Shown here in pieces: positions 1-11,707 of a DNA stretch of 56,309 bases (its first letter is position 1; each line of letters begins with the position of its first letter). The translations under genes were made by a program, and so were the position numbers. The notes under the pieces are model-generated. The model had not been told where the DNA came from and searched no databases. It saw only the letters and a program-made list of their open reading frames with translations. Source of the stretch: an uncultured Pseudomonadota bacterium (GTDB taxonomy: Bacteria > Pseudomonadota > Alphaproteobacteria > RF32 > CAG-239); NCBI GenBank assembly GCA_902763905.1, contig CACWUA010000014.1, positions 1-56,309 of the forward strand. Direction: 5' to 3'.

Positions 1-367
1 TGAGGTACATTCTTACCGGATCATCGGAATGACCTATATCTTTAAGATCGATATTACCGACATTGTCAATATCTTCATTGTTTTCACCATATTGAAAATC
101 TTCCGAATTTTTATCATTTTCTTCCTCGTCAAGTTCGGCATCCGAGGTAATAGTTATACCCATTTCGGATATGCTTGACATGATATCTTCTAATTTCTCT
201 GAAGACAGTTTCTCCGGAGGAAGTGAGCGATTAAGCTCTTCCATGGTGATATATCCGAGTTTTTTGCCTTTGGTAATTAAATTTCTGACAGCGGTTTCCG
301 ATGCAGAAACAATAGCTTCATCGCTATTTTCCGATTCATATAATTCCTGATTGTTTTTTTCTGCCAT
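1..367 (-). CDS. rpoD: RNA polymerase sigma factor RpoD, N-terminal part (runs off the window)
   Basis: Not in the ORF track. Manual translation from ATG at 367 gives MAEKNNQE...LITKGKKLGYITMEELN (region 1.1) ...SDDPVRMYL (region 1.2); lies downstream of dnaG. Confidence 0.95.
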   Translation of the reverse strand, partial: MAEKNNQELYESENSDEAIVSASETAVRNLITKGKKLGYITMEELNRSLPPEKLSSEKLEDIMSSISEMGITITSDAELDEEENDKNSEDFQYGENNEDIDNVGNIDLKDIGHSDDPVRMYL

Positions 368-474
368 GACGTTCCTTAAAAAATCGATTTTAATCTTTAA
401 AAAGATTACATTTGCTAGCACCGGATATATTTAGTTAATTTTTATCGGTTTGTCAAGAACAGAACTCAAAAAAA

Positions 475-2343
475 TTAAATAAAATTATCATCGGTTAAAA
501 ATTTGTTGCGTTCAATAATAAGCTGTTTATAGCGTTCGTATATTTTTTCGGCATTTTCCGGCTGTTTTTTTAGCAATGAAGTACATTCATTTATCTCTGT
601 ATCAATTTGTTTTAATTGAATTTCTTTGAGACAATCGTTGATTTCTGTTTTTAAATCTGGCAGGTCGATTTTTTGCATTTTATACATATTTAATTCCCAA
701 AGACCATCAATTTCATTAGCAAAATTTAAGCGTAACTTTTCCACAAGAGTTGCTGAATCCGTGGATTTTTCTTCTTGCATGATTTCAATAATTTCGTTTA
801 AGATTTTGGAAAAAGAAGATTTGCTGATTTCAAAATCCGCAAGACGCTCACAATATGCTTCGGCAAGCTGCGGATATAATATCATGGCTGCTGCTATTTT
901 ACGTATAAATAAATCAGTCAATGGAGGTTTTTTTATCAGATTGCCACCTTGTTTTAAAAGTGAAGGTTTACTATAATTTTTATAAATTAACTTATTGTAG
1001 TTATTGGTTTTTTGATTATTTGAATTTTCTGTAATAAGATTTGTCTGCTGATTGTTTTTAAATTCGGCACCACGTCCGAAAGTATAATAAATCCGTTTTT
1101 TCATTTCTTGTGTATAATAGTTACGGATTTGATTGTCTTTAATCTTGGCTACTTCCTCAAAAATTTCCTTTTCTATTAAGGCTTTTTGTTCAGGAGTTGA
1201 AGAGTCTTTATTCATTTTGCATTTGTGCCACAATATATCTACCAATGGTTTGGCCCGAATCATATATTTTTCAAATGTTTCCGCACCGAATTTATGCAGC
1301 AGTTCGTCCGGATCTTTAGCTTCTTTCAAGAAAATATAGTTTACGGAGTAGCCGGCTCTCAAATTGGGTAAAATACGGTCAACCGAACGAATTGCCGCTC
1401 GAATGCCGGCTGTATCACCGTCAAAACAAAGAGTAGGGGTGTTGCAAACCTTCCAAGCTTCTATAATTTGTTCTTCCGTTAATGCCGTTCCCAAAGGGGC
1501 AGTAGCGTAGGTGAACCCGAAACTGTCAAGTGCAATTACATCCATATAACCTTCACATATAATCAGCCGTTTATTGGCATAAGCCGATTCGCGGGCATTA
1601 TTCATATTATATAAAATTCGACGTTTGTTGAATATCGGAGTTTCCGGTGAGTTAAGATATTTGGGCTGACCGTCGCCTAATATGCGACCGCCGAAAGCAA
1701 TAATGTTTTTTTGTTTATCCATTATCGGAATCATAACTCGATCATAAAAAAAGTCGTTCGGTTTACGATTCGCATCTTCCGGAATGCTTATCAATCCCAA
1801 ATCTGCCATATCTTGTTCAAAAATTCCTTTGGATGTCAGATAAGCTTTTAAGGCATTATTGCCCGGTGCATATCCGAGACGGAATTTTTTTATGGTTTCA
1901 TCGCTAAGACCGCGTTTTTGTCGATAATAACTCAAACCATGAGCACCCACTGGCATATAAAGATTTTTTTCGAAAAAATCGGCAGCCATATCCATGATTT
2001 CGTACAAAGATTTTCGGCGCTGTGCCGCTTCTTGACTTTCTTTACTTAGAGCCGGTAGTTCCATGCCGACACGGGAAGCAAGTTTTTTTACTGCTTCAAT
2101 AAACGGCAAACCTTCACTGTCCATAACAAATTTTACCACATCTCCGTGAGCACCGCAACCGAAACAATGGTAAAATCCTTTGCTCTCATTAATGGTGAAT
2201 GATGGTGTTTTTTCTTGATGAAACGGGCATAAACCCGTATATTCGCGGCCGCGTTTTTGTAATTTAACTTTTTCTCCGATTACCTCGGCAACAGAGATAC
2301 GGCTACGTAATTCATCAAGAAATTTTAACAGATCGTCATTCAT
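475..2343 (-). CDS. dnaG: DNA primase
   Basis: CHC2 zinc finger (CPFHQEKTPSF...CFGC), KYLNSPET, TOPRIM EGYMDV and DGD motifs. Confidence 0.98.
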   Translation of the reverse strand: MNDDLLKFLDELRSRISVAEVIGEKVKLQKRGREYTGLCPFHQEKTPSFTINESKGFYHCFGCGAHGDVVKFVMDSEGLPFIEAVKKLASRVGMELPALSKESQEAAQRRKSLYEIMDMAADFFEKNLYMPVGAHGLSYYRQKRGLSDETIKKFRLGYAPGNNALKAYLTSKGIFEQDMADLGLISIPEDANRKPNDFFYDRVMIPIMDKQKNIIAFGGRILGDGQPKYLNSPETPIFNKRRILYNMNNARESAYANKRLIICEGYMDVIALDSFGFTYATAPLGTALTEEQIIEAWKVCNTPTLCFDGDTAGIRAAIRSVDRILPNLRAGYSVNYIFLKEAKDPDELLHKFGAETFEKYMIRAKPLVDILWHKCKMNKDSSTPEQKALIEKEIFEEVAKIKDNQIRNYYTQEMKKRIYYTFGRGAEFKNNQQTNLITENSNNQKTNNYNKLIYKNYSKPSLLKQGGNLIKKPPLTDLFIRKIAAAMILYPQLAEAYCERLADFEISKSSFSKILNEIIEIMQEEKSTDSATLVEKLRLNFANEIDGLWELNMYKMQKIDLPDLKTEINDCLKEIQLKQIDTEINECTSLLKKQPENAEKIYERYKQLIIERNKFLTDDNFI

Positions 2344-2354
2344 GTATTGTGAAT

Positions 2355-2807
2355 TTAAGATAAGAGTTGTTTAATAATGCCCGATGCCGCGCCAAAATCC
2401 ATCTGACCGGCATATTTATTTTTGAGAGCAGCCATAACTTTACCCATATCTTTGATTGAAGCAGCACCGATTTCGGTGATGATGGCTTTGATTACGGTTT
2501 CGGTCTCGGCTGCAGAAAGCTGCTTAGGTAAGAAGCGAGTAATAACATCGATTTCGGATTGTTCTTTTTCTGCCAGATCCGGACGATTGCCGTCTTGATA
2601 AATTTTAATAGATTCTTTGCGTTGCTTAATCATAGATTGCATCATAGCCAACAAAACATCATCAGAAGCCTTTTCCAGACCTTTACCGCGAGCTTCAACA
2701 TCTTTTTCTTTTTGACCGGCAATAATCAGGCGTACCGCGTTTACCGTTTGTGTATCACGGTTTTTCATGGCTTCTTTCAAACTGTTTTGCAAATCATCTC
2801 TTAACAT
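2355..2807 (-). CDS. GatB/YqeY domain protein
   Basis: LKEAMK...KQRKESI...LPKQLS...KDMGKVM; conserved position upstream of dnaG. Confidence 0.93.
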   Translation of the reverse strand: MLRDDLQNSLKEAMKNRDTQTVNAVRLIIAGQKEKDVEARGKGLEKASDDVLLAMMQSMIKQRKESIKIYQDGNRPDLAEKEQSEIDVITRFLPKQLSAAETETVIKAIITEIGAASIKDMGKVMAALKNKYAGQMDFGAASGIIKQLLS

Positions 2808-2826
2808 TTTTGTTTCCTTTCATAGA

Positions 2827-3624
2827 TTATTTGATATCTTCCAGCGTAATTCTGACTTTCCGAGCGTTCGCGGACGGATAGTTTAATAATATGCGGAACA
2901 GGGCTCCAAATTCAGGTTCCAACTTATGCTCGGATAGAATCTCCGTTATTTCATCTTCTATTTTTTCATCGGCGGTTATAACCGAGGCTTTTACCGGCAT
3001 AACCATTACGGTTTGCTTTCCTGAATTATGGAGCCGACCGCTTACTTCAATATACGATTGATTGTTTTTTATAATTTCTTTTATCTGAACGTCTTTTATC
3101 TTTAAATCTTTGCCGCGATATATACTTTCTACACCAAATCTTTGATACATGCGTTCCATAAGAGGTATTTGTGCGACGATTTCATAACGATAATCTTTAA
3201 TTATTTTGGCACTGAGTGCAATAGCAATTGTCAGCATAAAGGCCGAGAGCATGTATATTGAAAATGTGTTGGCGGTATAATGTTTGATTTTCTCCCACCA
3301 ATTCATGTCTTCTACCGCACTGCCGGAAGAAAACAAATTTTTGGTATTGTGTGAAAGGCGCCGAAACATTGCGTCAATATCGTCATTGATGTTGTTCTGC
3401 GGTGTTTCGTCAGGAATATCCATGACTTCAGAGCTTTTTTCGGTGATTGCGGCAGAAGTATCAAGTAGTCGGTTATCCTGCTCCGGCTCTACCGAGGTAT
3501 CATCACTCGGATAAACCATCCAGATATAACCGCACTCCGCACACTTAAATTTTTTTCCGTTTTCAGGAATATAATCTGCCGAAATATTGTATACCGCTCG
3601 GCATTCGGGACAACTTATTAACAT
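2827..3624 (-). CDS. MJ0042-type zinc-ribbon membrane protein (DUF3426-like C-terminus)
   Basis: N-terminal CPEC...CAEC, one TM helix, beta-rich C-terminal domain; divergent from ftsE as in many Alphaproteobacteria. Confidence 0.8.
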   Translation of the reverse strand: MLISCPECRAVYNISADYIPENGKKFKCAECGYIWMVYPSDDTSVEPEQDNRLLDTSAAITEKSSEVMDIPDETPQNNINDDIDAMFRRLSHNTKNLFSSGSAVEDMNWWEKIKHYTANTFSIYMLSAFMLTIAIALSAKIIKDYRYEIVAQIPLMERMYQRFGVESIYRGKDLKIKDVQIKEIIKNNQSYIEVSGRLHNSGKQTVMVMPVKASVITADEKIEDEITEILSEHKLEPEFGALFRILLNYPSANARKVRITLEDIK

Positions 3625-3741
3625 ATTAACCTCTTTTTTTTACACTATATTCCAAAAATATTGATAAGCAATTAAAAAAAATATTTTATTAAATAGATAA
3701 TTGTTGTAATATTCGTCTGTCATCTGTTTTGGGGGGAGATT

Positions 3742-4446
3742 ATGACAGATAATACAGCTGATATATTGCAACCGATTATTGATATGCAGAATGTTTCTGT
3801 AGGGTACGACGGTGAGGATGTATTGAAAGATATCTATCTTTCATTGATGCCGGGATCATTTAGTTTTGTAACGGGAAAGAGCGGTGCGGGTAAGACGACT
3901 TTGCTAAGTATGCTCTACCTGATTAAGCGTCCCAGCAAGGGGATTTTAAATGTGTTCGGTAATAATATAAACTTTTCTAACCGTACAAATTTAGCTCTGA
4001 TGCGGCAAAGAATAGGGGTGGTGTTTCAAGATTTTCGTCTGTTGGAGCATTTGACTGTTTATGATAATATAGCCTTGCCGCTGCGTGTGCGCGGAATGAA
4101 CGAAAAAGAAATAAATAAACGGGTAATGGAACTTTTAAAGTGGATTGAATTGCATCGCAGTGTTTATAAGCAGTGCAGTACGCTTTCCGGCGGTGAAAAA
4201 CAACGTGTGGCCATTGCCAGAGCTGTAATTAATCGTCCGGATATCCTGTTTGCCGATGAGCCTACCGGAAGTGTTGATGCGGAAATTGCCGAAAAATTGA
4301 TGCGTTTATTTATTGAGCTGAATAAAGTTGGAACTACCATTGTGTTGGCAACTCATAATGAGCAACTGACATCCTCTTATAATTATCAGAGAATAGATTT
4401 ATCCAATGGTACCGCCAAATTGTATCCGGCGTTGCAGCGTGTATAG
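3742..4446 (+). CDS. ftsE: Cell division ATP-binding protein FtsE
   Basis: [32 protein letters not shown]; followed by ftsX. Confidence 0.93.
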   Translation: MTDNTADILQPIIDMQNVSVGYDGEDVLKDIYLSLMPGSFSFVTGKSGAGKTTLLSMLYLIKRPSKGILNVFGNNINFSNRTNLALMRQRIGVVFQDFRLLEHLTVYDNIALPLRVRGMNEKEINKRVMELLKWIELHRSVYKQCSTLSGGEKQRVAIARAVINRPDILFADEPTGSVDAEIAEKLMRLFIELNKVGTTIVLATHNEQLTSSYNYQRIDLSNGTAKLYPALQRV

Positions 4447-4457
4447 CGGAGAAGATA

Positions 4458-5366
4458 ATGTATAGAGAATTGATGCGTAAAAATGAGATTACGGTAGATG
4501 ACGAAGATACATCATTGTTTATGTATGTGTTGTCATCTATTTATATGTATTTGTTTGTAGTGGTTTTGGCTATGGTGATGGCTATTCATTCCATGGTCAT
4601 TAATTGGGAAAAAGATATTACAGGTTCGATTACGGTACAGGTGCTGCCGGTTGAAGATGAAAACAAAAAAATCGATACCGATAAGACGCAGTTGGAGATT
4701 AATAAAGTTCTGCAATATATGGAAAATGTGTCGGGAGTTAAGAGTGTTCATGTGCTTGATGCCAAAAGTATTGAAAAACTGATGACACCGTGGCTCGGCA
4801 ATAAGGTGGATATTACGTCTTTACCGATACCGCAGCTGATGGATATCCAACTGGATGAAGATGTTGAAATTAATTATGATGAAATTACGCGTAATTTGCA
4901 TAAAATAACACCCAATGCTTCAATAGATAATCATCGTTTATGGCTTAATCGTCTGTTGAAATTTGCCAATTCGCTGAATTCTCTGGCACTGGCAGTGTTG
5001 ACAATGGTGATTATTATTTGCGCATTTTCCATTTATTATTCAACCCATACCAGTCTCGGCATAAATATGAATTCTATTGAGATATTGCATATTATCGGAG
5101 CGCAAGATGATTATATTGCAAAGCAATATGCGCACAGTTATGCCAAAATCGGTTTCTTTTCGGGAGTCATAGGTCTAATGATTGCAGTGCCGACGATTAT
5201 TCTTATTTCAAAATATGCAATATCTACGGGCAGTGGTTTGTTAAACGGTGCCGGATTGAATGAGATTAATTGGATTATAATGCTGTTCACTCCGGTGTTT
5301 TCTTTGCTTTTTGCGAGATTTACCGCATATTACACAGTGCGTCGTTCATTGGAGAAGATGTGTTGA
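4458..5366 (+). CDS. ftsX: Cell division permease FtsX
   Basis: Four TM segments with a large periplasmic loop; IEILHIIGAQDDYIAKQ motif; follows ftsE. Confidence 0.88.
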   Translation: MYRELMRKNEITVDDEDTSLFMYVLSSIYMYLFVVVLAMVMAIHSMVINWEKDITGSITVQVLPVEDENKKIDTDKTQLEINKVLQYMENVSGVKSVHVLDAKSIEKLMTPWLGNKVDITSLPIPQLMDIQLDEDVEINYDEITRNLHKITPNASIDNHRLWLNRLLKFANSLNSLALAVLTMVIIICAFSIYYSTHTSLGINMNSIEILHIIGAQDDYIAKQYAHSYAKIGFFSGVIGLMIAVPTIILISKYAISTGSGLLNGAGLNEINWIIMLFTPVFSLLFARFTAYYTVRRSLEKMC

Positions 5367-5950
5367 TAAACAGAAAATATAAAACAGCTTTTTTGTGCTT
5401 TTTCTTGCCTTTGTGCATAATATTTATCTGTTGGGCGGCCGGTTTTATGTTTTTTTGCGGTAAAATTTACGGATATTCAATTGATGAGTATCATAAAACC
5501 GATGCAGTGGTTGTATTGACCGGAGGACGCAACAGAATTGCAGAATCCATTAGATTGCTGAATAATAATCTGGCAAACAGGCTTTTTATATCCGGCGTTT
5601 CGGAAAATGTTTCGATTAAAGATATTGAAGATAAGGCTAAAATTTATATAAATAATCCGGAACGGGTGGAACTGGGATATACAGCAAGGGATACTATCGG
5701 CAATGCGCGGGAAGTCAAAGAGTGGACAGAGAAAAATAATATAAATTCGGTTCGCTTGGTTACATCAAATTATCATCTGCCGCGCAGTATGTTGGAACTT
5801 TATGCCTTAAATGCTAAATTTGCAATTTTGCCGCATCCGGTGTATTCCGACCATTTATCGAAAAAATGGTTTATGTCTTGGGGAACATTTAAATTTACGG
5901 CAGCTGAATACAATAAGTTTTTGCTGGCTTGGATGCGTAATTTGTTTTAG
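5360..5950 (+). CDS. YdcF/DUF218 (ElyC-like) protein
   Basis: DAVVVLTGG, T.GNA.E and LVTSNYHLPRS motifs; probable GTG start at 5360 after GGAG. Confidence 0.88.
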   Translation: MLINRKYKTAFLCFFLPLCIIFICWAAGFMFFCGKIYGYSIDEYHKTDAVVVLTGGRNRIAESIRLLNNNLANRLFISGVSENVSIKDIEDKAKIYINNPERVELGYTARDTIGNAREVKEWTEKNNINSVRLVTSNYHLPRSMLELYALNAKFAILPHPVYSDHLSKKWFMSWGTFKFTAAEYNKFLLAWMRNLF

Positions 5951-5960
5951 GAGAAACTTT

Positions 5961-6734
5961 ATGCTTTATATCAGATCATTTTTAACCAATATTCTCTTTT
6001 TCGGTACTTTAATGATAGGTTGTACTTTACAGTTGGTTGTGGCTTTGTTTCCGCGCAAAGCAACAATTTATTTTTGGGATAACATTATTATGCCTATAGC
6101 ATTGTTCTGGATACATTTTTTTGCCGGCATAAAATTTGAGATACGCGGAAAAGAAAATATTCTGAAACAACATGCCATTTATGCTTGCAAACATGAGTCG
6201 GCATTGGAGACTTATTCATTTACGCAATTTGTGCCGACCATTACGTATATTTTGAAAAAGGAACTGATTTATATGCCGTTTTTTGGATGGACTCAGTATT
6301 TTTACGGAATGATACCGGTAGATCGCAAAGGCGGAGCTTCGGCTATGAAAAATATGGTAAGAGCTGTGAAAAAACAGACGGAAACAGGTAGACCTGTAGT
6401 TATTTTTCCGGAAGGAACACGGTGTTTACCGGGAACTACCAAAGGCTATAAGTCGGGAATTTATTTTTTGGCTGAAAATGTTAAACTTCCGGTGGTTCCG
6501 GTAGCACTCAATACCGGCTTGTTTTGGGCAAAGAATTCGTTTTTGCGTTATTCCGGAACGGCAGTCTTTGAATTTTTGCCACCGATAAGTGCCGAAGGTA
6601 AGACTAAAGAAGAATTTATGCAAGAATTACAAAATGTTATCGAAAGCAAATGCGTGGAGCTAAATAATGAAGCGGCTGCCAAATATCCGCATGCAGCAGC
6701 TATGTTGTCTCAAATTCGAAAAGAGGGTAAATAA
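5961..6734 (+). CDS. plsC: 1-acyl-sn-glycerol-3-phosphate acyltransferase
   Basis: KHESALE (HxxxxD/E), IFPEGTR and PVVPV motifs; ATG at 5961 after AGGAG. Confidence 0.9.
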   Translation: MLYIRSFLTNILFFGTLMIGCTLQLVVALFPRKATIYFWDNIIMPIALFWIHFFAGIKFEIRGKENILKQHAIYACKHESALETYSFTQFVPTITYILKKELIYMPFFGWTQYFYGMIPVDRKGGASAMKNMVRAVKKQTETGRPVVIFPEGTRCLPGTTKGYKSGIYFLAENVKLPVVPVALNTGLFWAKNSFLRYSGTAVFEFLPPISAEGKTKEEFMQELQNVIESKCVELNNEAAAKYPHAAAMLSQIRKEGK

Positions 6735-8473
6735 TGGTAAAAATATATAAATGGCTTAAATCCGTTTGTACGGTATTGGGTGCAATGTTTTTAATCGGTA
6801 TAATTGCAATTGCCATTGTACATTTGGGAGCCGGAAGCAGTGTAAAGATTCCAAAACATTCGATATTGACAATTGATTTCAGCCATAATTTCAGTGAACA
6901 TGCTTCTGACAATTTAATAGATGAGTTGTTGGAGCATCAGGGAATACAGCTGACCGATCTAATCAAATCCATAGAAATGGCTGCGACAGATAAACGAATT
7001 GACGGGATTGTCGCCAGATTGGACGTATCTGATTTGGAATTGGCACAGATTCAGGATGTGGCAAGAGCCATAAATTATTTTAGAAACAGCGGTAAAAAAG
7101 CGTATGTATATTCACAAGGTTTCGGACCATTCGGACAGGGAAACAGAGAGTATTATTTGGCTTCTTTTTTTGATGAAATTTATATGCAACCGCATACCAA
7201 TATCGGTTTAACCGGAATCGGTATTGAGTTGCCGTTTGCCCGTAGTTTATTGGATAAAGTAGGGGTTTATCCGGAGTTCTATACCAGATATGAATATAAA
7301 ACGGCAATGGCATCGTTTACGGATAAACATATCTCGAGCGCATATATGAGTGAAATGACGCGTCTGGGTAATAGTCTGATGAATGAAATCAAGACAGATA
7401 TTGTAAATAACCGCAATCTGACGGAAAATTGGGAGAATATTGTTAATCAGGCGCCGTTAAGCTCCGAACAAGGAAAAGAAAAGAAGTTGATTGATGATAT
7501 TCTTTATTTACCGGAGCTGGAAGCAAAGCTGAAACAAAACGGAGCGAAAAATTTTGTTACCGTGGAAGACTATGCTGCACAAATTTTCCCAAATGAAGGT
7601 GATATACCTGCAGTGGCAATATTGAATCTGAACGGTATTATTGATATCGGAAAAACTTCTACGGATTTTGAAGGACAAATGGTTATCGGCAGTCAGAGTG
7701 TATTAGCTGATTTGGCAGAGATAGAGGATATTGAAAACTTAAAAGCTTTGGTTATACGTATTGATAGTCCGGGAGGAAGCTATAATGCTGCCGATGAAAT
7801 TTATTTTGCACTTAAATATTTGAAAAATAAAAAGAAAATCCCAATAATTGTGTCGCAGTCGGGTTATGCCGCATCCGGCGGCTATTTTATCTCGTTGGCC
7901 GGTGATGTGATTGTGGCAGAACCAATGACGATTACCGGTTCTATCGGGGTCTTGGGCGGTAAATTTGTAATGCAGGATTTATGGAAAAAACTGGGGATAA
8001 ATTGGACTGATGTAAAAATCGGGGAAAATGCCGATATTTTAAGTGTAAATAAGCCTTTTTCAAATAAAGAAAAGCAAATTTTCAATGCGTCTTTGGATGA
8101 GGTTTATAAAGATTTTACGGAAAAAGTAGCTGCAAACCGTAAGCTGGCAAAGAATATGAATGAAATTGCGCGCGGTCGAGTATGGACTGGCAGAGAAGCA
8201 TTGGAACTCGGATTGGTGGATAAGATGGGCAGCTTGAGTACGGCAATCGGAGAGGCTAAGAAAAGATGCGGGATTAAAGCAGATGATGAATTCAAAATCA
8301 TTACATATCCGCGTGAAAAGAGTTTCAGTGAAAAACTGCGTGAATTGGTTATGCAAAGCAATGCCAATACGGTAGCTGTTTTTGCACAAAGCGGTGTTGA
8401 TATCCGCTATTTAAAACTTTTCAAACGCTTGCAATATGATACTGTGTTGTTACCGTTTATGCTGAATATTTAA
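6734..8473 (+). CDS. sppA: Signal peptide peptidase SppA (67K type)
   Basis: RIDSPGGS, AASGGY, TITGSIGV and GRVWTG motifs; tandem S49 domains. Confidence 0.95.
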   Translation: MVKIYKWLKSVCTVLGAMFLIGIIAIAIVHLGAGSSVKIPKHSILTIDFSHNFSEHASDNLIDELLEHQGIQLTDLIKSIEMAATDKRIDGIVARLDVSDLELAQIQDVARAINYFRNSGKKAYVYSQGFGPFGQGNREYYLASFFDEIYMQPHTNIGLTGIGIELPFARSLLDKVGVYPEFYTRYEYKTAMASFTDKHISSAYMSEMTRLGNSLMNEIKTDIVNNRNLTENWENIVNQAPLSSEQGKEKKLIDDILYLPELEAKLKQNGAKNFVTVEDYAAQIFPNEGDIPAVAILNLNGIIDIGKTSTDFEGQMVIGSQSVLADLAEIEDIENLKALVIRIDSPGGSYNAADEIYFALKYLKNKKKIPIIVSQSGYAASGGYFISLAGDVIVAEPMTITGSIGVLGGKFVMQDLWKKLGINWTDVKIGENADILSVNKPFSNKEKQIFNASLDEVYKDFTEKVAANRKLAKNMNEIARGRVWTGREALELGLVDKMGSLSTAIGEAKKRCGIKADDEFKIITYPREKSFSEKLRELVMQSNANTVAVFAQSGVDIRYLKLFKRLQYDTVLLPFMLNI

Positions 8474-8495
8474 TAATTAAAAGAGGGTATATGTT

Positions 8496-8783
8496 ATGGC
8501 AATAGATAATCAAACCGTGAGGAAAATTGCATTCCTGTCACGCCTGAAAGTTGAAGATGATAAAATAGAACCGACAAAAGAAGAGTTTAATAAAATTCTG
8601 AATTGGATTGAAGAATTGAATGAGGTTAATACCGATACGGTCGAACCGTTGATTTCGGTTAACGATGTTACACTGAAGATGCGTGAAGATAAGGTAACTT
8701 CCGGTAATTGTAAAGATGAAGTTTTGAAAAATGCACCGGCAGCCGAGTATGATTATTTTGCCGTGCCGAAAGTTGTGGAGTAA
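8496..8783 (+). CDS. gatC: Asp/Glu-tRNA amidotransferase subunit C
   Basis: VRKIAFLSRL...MREDKV...NAP...FAVPKVVE; first gene of gatCAB. Confidence 0.95.
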   Translation: MAIDNQTVRKIAFLSRLKVEDDKIEPTKEEFNKILNWIEELNEVNTDTVEPLISVNDVTLKMREDKVTSGNCKDEVLKNAPAAEYDYFAVPKVVE

Positions 8784-8788
8784 AATAA

Positions 8789-10243
8789 ATGAGTGATATT
8801 ACAAGATTAACGGTTAGTGAAACCTTGAAGGCATTGAAAACAAAAGAATTTACTTCATACGAATTAACGGAGGCATATTTGCGGAATATGGAAAATGCCC
8901 GCAATTATAACACTTATATTACCGAAAATGCGGAAATGGCTTTGCAACAAGCAAAAGAATCCGATATCCGTTATGCCAAAGGAGAAAATCGTGCTTTGGA
9001 AGGCATACCTTTGGGGATCAAAGATTTGTTCTGCACCAAAAATATTCGTACCACGGCAGCTTCACATATATTGGATAATTTTATCCCTCCTTATGAATCT
9101 ACAGTTACTCAAAACTTATTGGATGACGGAGCAGTATTTTTAGGTAAGTTAAATCTGGATGAATTTGCCATGGGCGGCAGTAACGAAACAAGTTATTTCG
9201 GACCGGTAATTAACCCGTGGAGTAAAGATAAACCTTTGGTTCCGGGGGGCTCATCCGGTGGTTCGGCAGCAGCGGTGGCAGCGCATTTGTGCGCTGCGGC
9301 AACCGGCACTGATACCGGCGGTTCAATTCGTGAGCCGGCGGCATTTTGCGGTATTACGGGTATCAAACCTACGTATGGTCGTTGTTCGCGTTATGGTATT
9401 GTGGCATTTGCTTCTTCTTTGGATCAGGCCGGACCGATTGCCCAAGATGTGCGTGATTGTGCAATTTTGTTGAAGAGTATGGCCGGATTTGATGAAAAAG
9501 ATTCAACTTCATGCGAAGTTGCGGTACCGGATTATGAAAGTTTTTTGGACGGAGATATCAAAGGTTTGAAAATCGGTTTGCCTAAAGAATATCGTCCGGA
9601 CGGACTTAATCCGGAAATTGCCGCATATTGGGATAAAGCCGCCGAATATTTAAAGGCACGCGGCGCTAAAATCAAGGAAATATCCTTGCCGCATACCAAA
9701 TATGCACTGGCAACATATTATGTTTTGGCTCCGGCGGAAGCGTCGTCGAATTTGGCACGCTATGATGGTATTCGTTACGGTTTCCGCGCAGATGGGCAAC
9801 ATTTGGATGATTTGTATATAAATACTCGCACTCAAGGGTTTGGTTCGGAAGTTAAACGGCGTATTATGATTGGCACCTATGTGTTATCTGCCGGTTATTA
9901 TGATGCATATTTCTTAAAAGCGCAAAAAATGCGGCGTTTGATACATGATGATTTTATGAACGCATTTAAAGAATGTGATGTGATTTTAACCCCGACTTCG
10001 CCGATAACGGCTTTTCCTATAGGAGATGAGAGTATGTTGGAAAATCCGATAAATATGTATTTAAACGATGTCTTTACCGTCTCGGTTAATTTGGCCGGTT
10101 TACCGGCATTAAGCCTGCCGATAGGGTTGTCTGCCGGCGGGTTGCCATACGGAATGCAACTCATAGGAAAGCCGTTTGATGAGGGAACTCTTTTCAATGT
10201 TGCGGCTAAAATCGAGGTTGATGCAAAATTTGAGAGGATATAG
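8789..10243 (+). CDS. gatA: Asp/Glu-tRNA amidotransferase subunit A
   Basis: Amidase signature [41 protein letters not shown]. Confidence 0.98.
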   Translation: MSDITRLTVSETLKALKTKEFTSYELTEAYLRNMENARNYNTYITENAEMALQQAKESDIRYAKGENRALEGIPLGIKDLFCTKNIRTTAASHILDNFIPPYESTVTQNLLDDGAVFLGKLNLDEFAMGGSNETSYFGPVINPWSKDKPLVPGGSSGGSAAAVAAHLCAAATGTDTGGSIREPAAFCGITGIKPTYGRCSRYGIVAFASSLDQAGPIAQDVRDCAILLKSMAGFDEKDSTSCEVAVPDYESFLDGDIKGLKIGLPKEYRPDGLNPEIAAYWDKAAEYLKARGAKIKEISLPHTKYALATYYVLAPAEASSNLARYDGIRYGFRADGQHLDDLYINTRTQGFGSEVKRRIMIGTYVLSAGYYDAYFLKAQKMRRLIHDDFMNAFKECDVILTPTSPITAFPIGDESMLENPINMYLNDVFTVSVNLAGLPALSLPIGLSAGGLPYGMQLIGKPFDEGTLFNVAAKIEVDAKFERI

Positions 10244-10245
10244 AA

Positions 10246-11706
10246 ATGGCGGAATACATTATAGAAACCAATAAAGGAAAATGGGAAATTGTTGTCGGAT
10301 TGGAGATTCACTGCCAGATTATTTCCAAATCAAAAATATTCAGCAGTGCGTCGACCGAGTTTGGTGATGATCCGAATGTAAACGTGTCGTTTGTTGATGC
10401 CGGTATGCCGGGGATGTTGCCCACGCTTAATAAAGAATGTGTACATCAGGCAGTTAAGACCGGTTTGGGATTAAATGCCAAAATCAATAAATATTCGGAA
10501 TTTTCTCGTAAAAATTATTTTTATGCCGACATGCCGACAGATTATCAAATTACGCAATTTCGCTATCCGATTGTCGGAGAAGGGGAAATTACAATTGATT
10601 TGAGCGATGGGACAACCAAAAAAATCGGTATTGAACGTATGCATATTGAGCAAGATGCCGGAAAGTCAATCCATGATTTGAACCCGACGAAAAGTTATAT
10701 TGACTTGAACCGCGCCGGTGTAGGATTAATGGAAATAGTTACAAAACCTGATTTTAGAGCACCGGAAGAAGCCGGAGCATTTTTGCGTAAATTACGCTCT
10801 ATTTTGCGGTATCTCGGAACATGTGACGGTAATATGGATGAGGGGTCAATGCGCTGCGATGTTAATGTTTCGGTGCGTCCGTACGGTTCGAATGAATTGC
10901 GTCCGCGCGGAGAAATGAAAAACGTCAACAGCGTAAAATTTGTGATGCAAGCCATTGAGAGCGAAGCTAAAAGACATATCGAAGTATATGAAAACGGCGG
11001 ACAAATAGAGCAAGAAACCCGTCAATTTGATCCGGCTACCGGGCAGAGTAAATTGATGCGCAAAAAAGAATTTGCACATGATTATCGTTATTTTCCGGAA
11101 CCGGATTTACCTCCGTTGGTATTGAGTGATGAATATATCAATACAGTTAGAGCCGAAATGATAGAATTGCCCGATGCCAAAAAACAACGCTTTGTGGAAA
11201 CTTTGGGACTTACGCCTTATGATGCCATGGTTTTATGTGAAAATAAAGAATATGCAGCCTTTTTTGAACAAGCAGCACAGGGACATGATGCCAAGAAGGT
11301 TGCCAACTGGATGATGGGCGATTTTTTTGCAATGCTCAATAAAAAACGTCTGGATATATCGCAGAGTCCGGTGAGTGCAGAAAATCTCGGTAATTTGGTA
11401 GAGCTTATCAGTAAGGATGTTATTTCCGGTAAAATAGCCAAGGATGTATTTGAAATTATGAGCGAAACCGGAGAAGATCCGGAAAAAATCGTTGAAGAAA
11501 AAGGATTAAAACAAGTAACCGATACAGGGACTATCGAAACAATAATAAATGAGGTTATTGCTTCCAATCCGGATAATGTTGCCGCCTATAAAAACGGAAA
11601 AACAAACTTAGCCGGTTGGTTTGTGGGGCAGGTTATAAAAATGTCTAAAGGAAAAGCTAATCCGTCGATAGTCAATAAATTAATCAGAGAAAAACTGGAT
11701 CAATAA
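10246..11706 (+). CDS. gatB: Asp/Glu-tRNA amidotransferase subunit B
   Basis: [30 protein letters not shown] and YRYFPEPDL motifs. Confidence 0.98.
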   Translation: MAEYIIETNKGKWEIVVGLEIHCQIISKSKIFSSASTEFGDDPNVNVSFVDAGMPGMLPTLNKECVHQAVKTGLGLNAKINKYSEFSRKNYFYADMPTDYQITQFRYPIVGEGEITIDLSDGTTKKIGIERMHIEQDAGKSIHDLNPTKSYIDLNRAGVGLMEIVTKPDFRAPEEAGAFLRKLRSILRYLGTCDGNMDEGSMRCDVNVSVRPYGSNELRPRGEMKNVNSVKFVMQAIESEAKRHIEVYENGGQIEQETRQFDPATGQSKLMRKKEFAHDYRYFPEPDLPPLVLSDEYINTVRAEMIELPDAKKQRFVETLGLTPYDAMVLCENKEYAAFFEQAAQGHDAKKVANWMMGDFFAMLNKKRLDISQSPVSAENLGNLVELISKDVISGKIAKDVFEIMSETGEDPEKIVEEKGLKQVTDTGTIETIINEVIASNPDNVAAYKNGKTNLAGWFVGQVIKMSKGKANPSIVNKLIREKLDQ

Positions 11707-11707
11707 T